NCBI GenBank assembly: GCA_016930515.1
Contig: JAFGGO010000113.1
Coordinates: 1 to 18,620, forward strand
DNA from: Promethearchaeota archaeon
Lineage (GTDB): Archaea > Asgardarchaeota > Lokiarchaeia > Sigyniarchaeales > SOKP01
Length of the DNA stretch: 18,620 bases
Direction of reading: 5' to 3'
The notes below the pieces were generated by a model, which did not search any database, was not told the origin of the DNA, and saw only the letters and a program-made list of their open reading frames with translations. Below, in pieces: positions 1 to 7,521 of this stretch. The translations under genes and the position numbers were made by a program. How positions within the stretch are numbered: the first letter of the stretch is position 1; each line of letters begins with the position of its first letter.

Positions 1-1
1 C

Positions 2-58
2 TCCATTCTTGCAGGGCAATTAGACTTGGTGCTTCAAGGAAAAAAGTTCAGTGATTAG
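2..58 (+). CDS. Possible 3' end of a gene entering from the left (…SILAGQLDLVLQGKKFSD*)
   Basis: Frame 2 is open from the window edge to TAG at 56-58, which overlaps the convergent TAA (55-57) of the roadblock gene. Too short to identify. Confidence 0.35.
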   Translation, partial: SILAGQLDLVLQGKKFSD

Positions 59-432
59 AAGCGAACGCTAGTTCGCAAGGAATTTTTTCTTATTTTTTTA
101 CTTTCAAGAAAAATCTTTCTTGGATTAATATCTTTTTCTGCAAATAGCACTAAAACGGCATTTTTCCCTGTTTCTAAGGCGATTAAGTTTTGTTCCGTGG
201 CAGAGATTGTCAAAAGCTCAAATTCACCAGCGTTTATTTCTTTTATTGCTTTTAAAGCCATATTGACCATTGTAGCAGAAACTAAAGCCATTTGAGCATC
301 GTTTATATTTTTTGGTAATAAAGAAGCAACCGTTAATCCATCTCTGGATACAATTAAAGCAGTTTTTATTTTTGGTATTAAAACAATCAAGTCTTTTAAG
401 AGTCGATCGAGAGAGCCAATTGTTGTTTGCAT
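55..432 (-). CDS. Roadblock/LC7 (MglB/LAMTOR-like) domain protein
   Basis: Typical roadblock pattern: helix, then IKTALIVSRDGLTVAS, MALVSATMVNMA..AIKEI..GEFELLTI, GKNAVLVLFAEKD. ATG at 432 is preferred over the TTG at 453 given in the ORF track. Confidence 0.85.
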   Translation of the reverse strand: MQTTIGSLDRLLKDLIVLIPKIKTALIVSRDGLTVASLLPKNINDAQMALVSATMVNMALKAIKEINAGEFELLTISATEQNLIALETGKNAVLVLFAEKDINPRKIFLESKKIRKNSLRTSVRF

Positions 433-803
433 CAAATTTGAACGAACTCGCAACGAAAATGTATTCTTTCCCTAATTATAAATTATTCCTTTTGAATTTA
501 AATATTTCTTTTTAATAAATACAAAAATTGCTAGCTTTTTCTCTGGAATTATCAATGATAAAATAACAGAAAATATAGGGAGACTTATTTATATATGTGA
601 TATCAATAAGTTAGCTTAGTGGGATAAAAAATCAAAAAATAGGAACGCTTTAAAATTCATTCATTTATTGCAATAAAAATAAATTTAATGTGATGCAATA
701 TATTAATACTGAAAGAAGTGTAAGAAAATCGATAGGTTTGCGCTAACTGCCTTCGATGAAACTTGGGGTTTTATAGCGCAACGGCTTAATATCTCTGATA
801 AAA

Positions 804-1190
804 ATGATTGAAACGAAGAAAAAGACGATCCTAATCGTCGACGACGAGCCTGACATCGTTAATCTAACCGATAAATTCCTAAAACTCGGTGGATTTAAAA
901 CACTCTCTTGTAACAACGGAAAAGACGCTTTAAACACGATTGAAACGAATCATGACGAAATTAAACTCGTTTTGCTCGATGTAATGATGCCAGGTCTTAG
1001 TGGATTCGATATATTAAAAGAGATTAAAAGCAATAGCAAGTACGACGATATTTTGGTTGTTTTATTTACGGTCAAAAGCTTCAACGAAGACATTCAAAAG
1101 GGAAGATCATTAGGTGCAAACGGTTATTTAACAAAGCCTTTCTCTGGCAAGGAGCTCTTGAAATATGTGCAAGATAAGATCGGAAATTAA
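804..1190 (+). CDS. Single-domain CheY-like response regulator (REC)
   Basis: ILIVDDE acidic pocket, phosphoacceptor in LLDVMMPGLSG, conserved Thr (LFT), GANGYLTKPF. No output domain. Confidence 0.95.
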   Translation: MIETKKKTILIVDDEPDIVNLTDKFLKLGGFKTLSCNNGKDALNTIETNHDEIKLVLLDVMMPGLSGFDILKEIKSNSKYDDILVVLFTVKSFNEDIQKGRSLGANGYLTKPFSGKELLKYVQDKIGN

Positions 1191-1282
1191 TAGGCGTATA
1201 ATTAATTATTGTATATTTTCACAAATTATTTTAATTAGCCATAATTTTCAAGCATAAGGGAATTATTATAGAAATGTCTTAA

Positions 1283-2296
1283 TTGATACAAAATATCTTT
1301 CTTATTCAAGGTAATGACCTCCAAGATGTTCGTGCACTAACCATTCTTAATTATCCTCACGAACTCGTTAATAAAAATAGTAGGCTTGTAAAAACTATAA
1401 TATCCGATCAAGATCTTGAAATTAAAAACACGAAATCTAAAAATGGTTCAAAAAATTTAAAATTCCATCAGATTGGAAAGCCACTACATTTTAAGGTTAA
1501 AGATCACGCAATAACAACAGTATTAATAGATGATGGCATAATTATCGGCGTCATGCTTGAAAAAGATGATAATCCCCATGATTACGAAGACTTTTTTCTT
1601 GAAATTTTACACGAAATCATAAACGAAAACGCGTTTTCTTTTGAAGATGAACTTGAGAGAGAAAACTTACTCATTACTATATTTATTGATTTTCGTAGAT
1701 ATAGTCAAGAAGTTATTAAACAAATTGCATCTGCTGGACTCGAAAAAAAATCTCAAATTGTTAAAGTTTTCTTGTTTGGACTTGAAGAGGCAGGAAAAAC
1801 TTCGCTTGTAAGAAGAATAAAAACTGGTGAATACGAGGATAATTACTTTCAACCAACTAGAAGATTTAATATCGAACACGTTCACGATGATGAAATTGGA
1901 GTAATGGCGTTCTGGGACATGCCTGGTCAGCTTATATTCCGAAAAAAATGGCTTGCGGGGGCTCAGGATTCTAATATAATCGTTTATATGATTGATGTAT
2001 CCGATCAGATCAAATTTGAAGAATCTAAAACAGAATTACACGCAATAATAAATAGATTTGAATTATCTAACATTCCTTTGCTGATTCTCGGTAATAAAAT
2101 TGATTTAGTAAATCAGTTATCAGAGAATGGAAATGGAGATAATATTAACGAACATCTTATAAGATTAAAACATGAAATATTTGATATTCTCGAACTTGAG
2201 AAAATCAATAATAGAAAAATAGAATTTCTATTTACATCAGTAAAAACTAATTATAATATAGAAGAATTTTACGAGCTCCTTATTGAACTCTTGTAA
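1283..2296 (+). CDS. Arf-like small GTPase with ~150-aa N-terminal (probably longin-like) domain
   Basis: G1 GLEEAGKTS, G2 QPT, G3 WDMPGQ, G4 NKID, G5 TSVK. The N-terminus MIQNIFLI… has a beta-beta-alpha-beta-beta-beta-alpha-alpha hydrophobic pattern. TTG start is uncertain. Confidence 0.85.
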   Translation: MIQNIFLIQGNDLQDVRALTILNYPHELVNKNSRLVKTIISDQDLEIKNTKSKNGSKNLKFHQIGKPLHFKVKDHAITTVLIDDGIIIGVMLEKDDNPHDYEDFFLEILHEIINENAFSFEDELERENLLITIFIDFRRYSQEVIKQIASAGLEKKSQIVKVFLFGLEEAGKTSLVRRIKTGEYEDNYFQPTRRFNIEHVHDDEIGVMAFWDMPGQLIFRKKWLAGAQDSNIIVYMIDVSDQIKFEESKTELHAIINRFELSNIPLLILGNKIDLVNQLSENGNGDNINEHLIRLKHEIFDILELEKINNRKIEFLFTSVKTNYNIEEFYELLIELL

Positions 2297-2472
2297 TTTC
2301 TTAACTTCTAGAATCATAACTTCGATATTTCAATTGAATTTACTCCTTATAATCAATATTCTCTCGTATTCCTTCTAATCTTGCTTTTAAAAATAAATAT
2401 CATTCTAATTAAATTTAAATATCAAAGCGAACAATATGATAACATCAAACAATTAATTATCGTGCCTCTATA

Positions 2473-3069
2473 ATGTTTAAAAGATCAAAAAAAGACATGA
2501 GCGTAAACATCGATGATAAAACGGGTCAACTTTATTTGGGAAACAAGGACTTGCGACTCCTGATGCTGAGACCAATTGATTTAATAGAGTTTGGAGAGTT
2601 TTCAGGAAGCTCTGCTGACGATATACTAATTTGGGTTGGAAAAAGCGTTGGAAAAGGAGTTTCTGCTAGTCTCATTCCTGAAGTTGCGTGGACAAACGAA
2701 ACACTATCAACAAAAAAACAAGCAATTTTAGGAATATTAGATACTATGGAACAGCTTGGTTATGGCGTTTTAGAAGCCGTTTTTAACAAGAACAATGTTG
2801 AGATATCCGTTAAAGAACCTCTATCCACCCCCGAAAAAGAAAATATAATGGCTAAGAATATATGCCGTATTTATCAAGGTCTCTTTCACGGAATGTTTGA
2901 AAATATGCAAATTGATGTAGATAGCGAAGAAATTAGATGTATCTTGTTAGACCAAGAGGCTTGTGTGTTTAAATACACTTTAGTAAGTGAGGAATTTGAT
3001 GACAACGATATTGAGGTAGGTAGTGCTTCAAAAGAAAAAGATATCGACTCCCTGCTCAAATCAATTTAA
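2473..3069 (+). CDS. V4R domain protein (Bet3/TRAPP-related fold)
   Basis: ILIWVGKSVGK, QLGYG, CRIYQGLFHG, EEIRC…EACVF: the C/E/C/C Zn-ligand pattern of V4R domains. Acidic tail. Confidence 0.85.
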   Translation: MFKRSKKDMSVNIDDKTGQLYLGNKDLRLLMLRPIDLIEFGEFSGSSADDILIWVGKSVGKGVSASLIPEVAWTNETLSTKKQAILGILDTMEQLGYGVLEAVFNKNNVEISVKEPLSTPEKENIMAKNICRIYQGLFHGMFENMQIDVDSEEIRCILLDQEACVFKYTLVSEEFDDNDIEVGSASKEKDIDSLLKSI

Positions 3070-3191
3070 GTGATTTATTTTTATAATCTACTTTTCCATG
3101 GAATCTTCAATTTTGTTCAATATATATTTTACTTTTCGATTATGATAGTATAAAATTCTATTAAATATGCCATATTTTATTTAGTACATTT

Positions 3192-3209
3192 AGTGTGAAA
3201 CTTCACACT
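3192..3209. promoter_or_regulatory. Perfect inverted repeat AGTGTGAA-AC-TTCACACT, candidate transcription-factor site upstream of cdhA
   Basis: 8-bp arms with a 2-nt spacer in the 294-bp intergenic region, ~50 bp upstream of a TATA-like element. Confidence 0.5.
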
Positions 3210-3257
3210 TTTTTTTAGTAAAGATTTACCCAAAAAAAGCTTAGGAATATAACCATT

Positions 3258-3268
3258 AACTTTTAAAT
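3258..3268 (+). promoter_or_regulatory. Candidate archaeal TATA box for cdhA (AACTTTTAAAT)
   Basis: TTTAAA-type box ~100 nt upstream of the ATG. The AT-rich background limits specificity. Confidence 0.3.
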
Positions 3269-3363
3269 CCGCTGAGCCATGATATACATAGAATTTTTTA
3301 ATAATCTTTAATGTTAGTAATTATTAAATACTATTTTTAAACAAAGAATAACACGTGAAATAA

Positions 3364-5712
3364 ATGTCTAAAGAAGGCGCAAAAATTAAAATCGACTCGT
3401 ATAAGGGCGCTTTCGGCACGATCAAGGGTTTTGAGTTCACTACCGGAAAGATCGTGAGCGAAGGCGACGCGACCGAGTGGGAACCAATGGGCCCTCATCC
3501 AAAACCTCACATTCCAACCCTACGAAGTTGGTTCATGAAGTTAATGGAACGTTACAAACCTTTTTATATGCCAATCTGCGATATGTGTTGCCTCTGTACT
3601 TATGGTAAATGCAACCTTTCAAAAGGAAGAACAGGGGCATGCGGTATAAATATGGAGACGCAACAAGCTCGTATTGTAGAGATTGCTTGCTGTATTGGTG
3701 CCGCTTGTCATAGTGCACACGGAGACCATTTGTTACATTGGCTTAAGGAGAAATACGGTAATGTGCCAATTAATTTTGGCTCAAACATTGCTGTGGAGAT
3801 GCCATGTACTCGAATGGTTGTTGGGATGAAACCTGAGACCTTAGAGGACCTAGAAACGGCAATGGAATGGGTTCACTATACGATTACGCATCTCCTTGCC
3901 TCTGGTCATACGGGACAAGAATCAAGCTTTTTGGATTACGAAGCTAAGAGCTTTTTAGCAGGTTTAGCAGACTCTGTTGGAATGGAAATTTCAGATGCCG
4001 TTCAAATGGCAGCATATGGCTTTCCAATCGGCGATCCAAATGTTCCTATAGTAGAATTAGGAATGGGTACAATTGACACGAGCAAGGCCACGATATTAAT
4101 GATCGGACATAATGTCGCTCCTGGAGTTGAATTAGTAGATTACATCAGAGAAAAAGGATATGAGAATAAAATCGATGTTGGAGCAATATGCTGTACTGCC
4201 CACGATTTAACTCGCTATTACGATGGTGCAAAAATTATTGGATCAATGTCTAGACAACTTCATTTCATCCGTTCCGGATTAGCTGATGTTGTCATGGTAG
4301 ACGAACAATGCGTAAATCTTCGGTCCTTTGAAGAGGCTGAGAAAGTGGGTGCTCCTTTCATTGCAACAAACGAGAAGAATATGGGCGGACATCCAGATCG
4401 AACAAACGATCCCGTAAACGAGATAGTTGACGACCTTGTCAGTGGTAAAATGCCTGGAGTTTTAATTTTAGATCCGATAAAAGCTGGTGCCGTTGCCGCA
4501 GAAGTCGTACTCAAAATAAAACCAATTAGACAGGCTAAAAGTGGCGTTCCAGACGAGCAAGGATGCATTGACATGGCAATGAAATGCAATGGATGTGGTA
4601 ATTGCCAGAGGAATTGTCCCAACGATTTACCACTTACTGAAGGGGTCAATTTAGCAAAATCAGGAGACTTCTCCTTGTTGGCGAGCGTATTTGACGATTG
4701 TTTGGGCTGCGGGCGTTGCGAATCTGATTGCATGAAGGAAGTTTCTCCCTTAACGCTTTTGATGTATGCTGCTAGAGATCAAATAAGAAACGAAAAGTAT
4801 AATTGTAGAGTCGGTAGAGGTCCAATTCAAGACACTGAAATTCGAAATGTAGGTGCTCCTATAGTGTTAGGAGAAATTCCGGGCATTGTTGCTATCATTG
4901 GATGTCCCTCATATGCAAAAAGTATAAAGGAACTTTACCAAATGGCCGAAGAATTCCTCACGAGAAATTACATAGTTGTTGTTTCTGGATGCGGTGCCAT
5001 GGACATCGGACTCGTCAAGGACGAAGAAGGAAAAACACTATACGATAGATTTCCTGGTACCTTTGATAGAGGAGGGTTGGTAAATGTTGGCTCTTGCGTT
5101 TCAAACCCACATATCACGGGTGCTGCTTGTAAAGTAGCCAATATTTTTGCCAGAAGACCATTACGAGGAAATTTCGAAGAAATAGCTGATTATATCCTCA
5201 ATCGGGTTGGTGCAGTTGGCGTTGCATGGGGCGCCATGTCTCAAAAAGCCGCAAGCATCGCAAGTAGTGCAAATGGTCTCGGTATTCCAGCTGTCGTCGG
5301 ACCTCACGCCGCAGAATATCGTAGAGCTTATGTAGGACGTGCTGATCAAGAAGAGGATTGGAAAGTTTTTAACGCGAGAGACGGAACTAGTGGACACGTG
5401 GTCGGTCCTGGTCCTGAACATCTATTAACTACCGCTGAATCCATAGAACAAGCGATTTGCTTGGTAGCAAAACTAGCCCTAAGACCCGCTGATAACTCAA
5501 AAGGAAGGATGATCAAGCTATCTCACTGGATAGACTTGGAAAGAAAGTATAAGGGTGTCGAATTTCCTGAAGACTTGGATAAGTTCATCAGATTAGAAGC
5601 CGACATTCCAATTGCAATGAAAGACGGTATTATGGCTTACTTGAAAGAAAGGAATTGGAAACCAAAAGAAATTGTTGATCCAACCTTGCTTGAGAGGTTA
5701 TGCCACACTTAA
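3364..5712 (+). CDS. cdhA: Archaeal Ni,Fe CO dehydrogenase / ACDS complex alpha subunit
   Basis: 782 aa. CDMCCLCTYGKC…ACG (D/B-cluster Cys), HSAHGDH, C-cluster ligand motifs GHN, ICC, DEQC, IGC, SGC, GSC, catalytic SQKA, and two extra 4Fe-4S motifs (CNGCGNCQRNCP, CLGCGRCESDC) diagnostic of archaeal CdhA. Confidence 0.97.
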   Translation: MSKEGAKIKIDSYKGAFGTIKGFEFTTGKIVSEGDATEWEPMGPHPKPHIPTLRSWFMKLMERYKPFYMPICDMCCLCTYGKCNLSKGRTGACGINMETQQARIVEIACCIGAACHSAHGDHLLHWLKEKYGNVPINFGSNIAVEMPCTRMVVGMKPETLEDLETAMEWVHYTITHLLASGHTGQESSFLDYEAKSFLAGLADSVGMEISDAVQMAAYGFPIGDPNVPIVELGMGTIDTSKATILMIGHNVAPGVELVDYIREKGYENKIDVGAICCTAHDLTRYYDGAKIIGSMSRQLHFIRSGLADVVMVDEQCVNLRSFEEAEKVGAPFIATNEKNMGGHPDRTNDPVNEIVDDLVSGKMPGVLILDPIKAGAVAAEVVLKIKPIRQAKSGVPDEQGCIDMAMKCNGCGNCQRNCPNDLPLTEGVNLAKSGDFSLLASVFDDCLGCGRCESDCMKEVSPLTLLMYAARDQIRNEKYNCRVGRGPIQDTEIRNVGAPIVLGEIPGIVAIIGCPSYAKSIKELYQMAEEFLTRNYIVVVSGCGAMDIGLVKDEEGKTLYDRFPGTFDRGGLVNVGSCVSNPHITGAACKVANIFARRPLRGNFEEIADYILNRVGAVGVAWGAMSQKAASIASSANGLGIPAVVGPHAAEYRRAYVGRADQEEDWKVFNARDGTSGHVVGPGPEHLLTTAESIEQAICLVAKLALRPADNSKGRMIKLSHWIDLERKYKGVEFPEDLDKFIRLEADIPIAMKDGIMAYLKERNWKPKEIVDPTLLERLCHT

Positions 5713-5720
5713 ACCTTTAA

Positions 5721-5743
5721 TTTTATTCTTTTTTTTTTATTTC
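5721..5743 (+). terminator. Oligo-T terminator candidate after cdhA
   Basis: Long T-run beginning ~10 nt after the stop codon, typical of archaeal intrinsic termination. Confidence 0.6.
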
Positions 5744-5804
5744 TGATTTTACAATTAATAAATAAATAATATTAGTTGCATTTCATTTATTATAAGCGAT
5801 AGCA

Positions 5805-6017
5805 ATGGAAAAAAAAAACAAGGAATTTCTAAAACTCTCGAAATTATTGATACATTGGGCTGAGCATAACGACTCTCATAAAGAATCGTTTTCAAAATGG
5901 CAAGATGTGGCCAGAGAAAACGGATTAAATAACATTGTTCTCTATCTGGAAAAAGCTAAGGAAATGCTCGACGAAAGCTCTAAATACCTTCTTAAAGCTC
6001 ACGAAGAGCTAGGTTAA
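5805..6017 (+). CDS. Small helical CooJ-like Ni-binding protein (CODH maturation candidate)
   Basis: 70 aa, helical/coiled-coil pattern. HWAEHNDSH exactly fits the H(W/F)x2Hx3H Ni-binding motif of CooJ. Lies directly downstream of cdhA. Confidence 0.7.
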   Translation: MEKKNKEFLKLSKLLIHWAEHNDSHKESFSKWQDVARENGLNNIVLYLEKAKEMLDESSKYLLKAHEELG

Positions 6018-6036
6018 ATCATTGCTTTAAATTCTT

Positions 6037-7245
6037 TTATAAAAACATATTTATTAAAGGCATCAGTTGTTCCTTAAAATATTCTAACTTATCATATACA
6101 AGTTCCAGATTACTAGTTAGTACCCATAAAAACACTGGAATCTGAAGGTCGGAATATTCAAATAATTTTTCTCCGCTAATTGAAAATCCATTTAAAGGAA
6201 AATCTAATGATATTGATTTTTCTCTGATTAAACCAATTGATGTATGAAAATTTGAAAGCGTTTGAAGAAGCAACGCCGTATTATTTATCAACATCTCATC
6301 GGTGCTATTTTTGGTATAATTACCAAAAATTAACCCATCCATAGAAATCAAGCTCGCTGCCTTTGCTTCGATTGTTCTCGTAAAGTCCTCCAGAATGTTT
6401 TCGATGATTTCTGATGTTTCCGATACTTTTTTAAGGGCAATGCTAAACATTTGCATTATGGATTCTTTCTGAAAAATGGTGGTATCGCAATATTCAACAA
6501 CGATGCCCTGAAATTCTTTAGCCACTAAATCTATCTTATTCACGATATCTGTCTTATTTTTTTGCCATTGGAGGGTTTTTCGAATATCTTGATCGCTCTT
6601 GTTAAGAACCGCCAACACGGGTGGTTGTTCATCCAAGTCTTTTAAAGCGGTTAACACCTGTCGAAAGTATTCCGCAGCTTCGTTGAATCTGCTCGGATCT
6701 TGGGTGTCAATAACATATAATACCAGGTCAACCTCTGTGAAGAATAATTCTGGTTTATTGAAGTAATATTTGTCTCTGTATTGAACTTGACCACCTAAAT
6801 CCCATGAAATTATTGGAAATCCGAAAAAGTCTAATTTTTCTCTCTGAACTCCCTTGGTTGGTAGCAGTGACTTAATAATAGAAAATCTATCTTGAATAAC
6901 TGCTAAAATTGAAGTTTTACCTCCATTATCAAGACCAATTAATACGATCTTTTTTTGCTTTCTTATTTGTTCACGGACAACTTTCTCGAGAACTCGAGAG
7001 ATTTTAATCCATTTTATTAATATATGATTTGATAATTCTTTTATTTCAGGAGGATTCTCTGGGTCCAAACTAGCCAAATCGCCTATAGATTTTATATTCC
7101 GGTCTAATAACTTGTCTGAATTGATTTGATCAACGCCAATGAGGGATTCAGGCTTTAAATTAAGTATTTCATCGAGTTCATCTGGAATTAGCACGCCTGT
7201 CTTAAAAAAATCCTTTATTTTAGATATGCTTTCGTCGTCCGACAT
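6037..7245 (-). CDS. Rag/Gtr-like small GTPase with N-terminal helix-hairpin-helix module and C-terminal roadblock-like domain
   Basis: G1 GLDNGGKTS, G2 PT, G3 WDLGGQ..YRDKY, LVLYVID, G4 NKSD, Rag-like G5 DTTIF. C-terminal ENILEDFTRTIEAKAASLISMDGLIFG is roadblock-like. N-terminal LIGVDQINSDKLLDRNIKSIGDLA…KWI is HhH-like. Confidence 0.85.
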   Translation of the reverse strand: MSDDESISKIKDFFKTGVLIPDELDEILNLKPESLIGVDQINSDKLLDRNIKSIGDLASLDPENPPEIKELSNHILIKWIKISRVLEKVVREQIRKQKKIVLIGLDNGGKTSILAVIQDRFSIIKSLLPTKGVQREKLDFFGFPIISWDLGGQVQYRDKYYFNKPELFFTEVDLVLYVIDTQDPSRFNEAAEYFRQVLTALKDLDEQPPVLAVLNKSDQDIRKTLQWQKNKTDIVNKIDLVAKEFQGIVVEYCDTTIFQKESIMQMFSIALKKVSETSEIIENILEDFTRTIEAKAASLISMDGLIFGNYTKNSTDEMLINNTALLLQTLSNFHTSIGLIREKSISLDFPLNGFSISGEKLFEYSDLQIPVFLWVLTSNLELVYDKLEYFKEQLMPLINMFL

Positions 7246-7521
7246 TTTAATCGTATCTATTATTAATTTAAGTATTTAGTAGAACTATTTTAAAATAAAA
7301 AGTTCCGATATATTTATTATTTATGACTTCAATAAAGAAAAAGATATTTTTAAAAATATGTTTTTGAATAATCCGTGATTGGTTTTTCGTGCGGTAAAAC
7401 CAGATTAAGATAATTTTTTATTCTAAAAACTAAATTATTTATGTGTAAAGGCATATATAGAACTTAAAATACTCACAAGTAGAATTATTCGTTAATATAT
7501 TGGAAAAAAGGATCGACACCA

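Noticed and set aside
55-110. Atypical roadblock C-terminus (KNSLRTSVRF) after A-runs, plus a small hairpin GCGAAC-GCTA-GTTCGC (61-76)
   Set aside because: A one-base indel would give KKFLAN*, but there is no independent evidence for it. The 6-bp hairpin is within chance.
2473-3069. V4R protein as an H-NOX heme CO sensor for the adjacent CODH
   Set aside because: No YxSxR heme motif or obvious proximal His. It has the Zn-type V4R Cys pattern instead.
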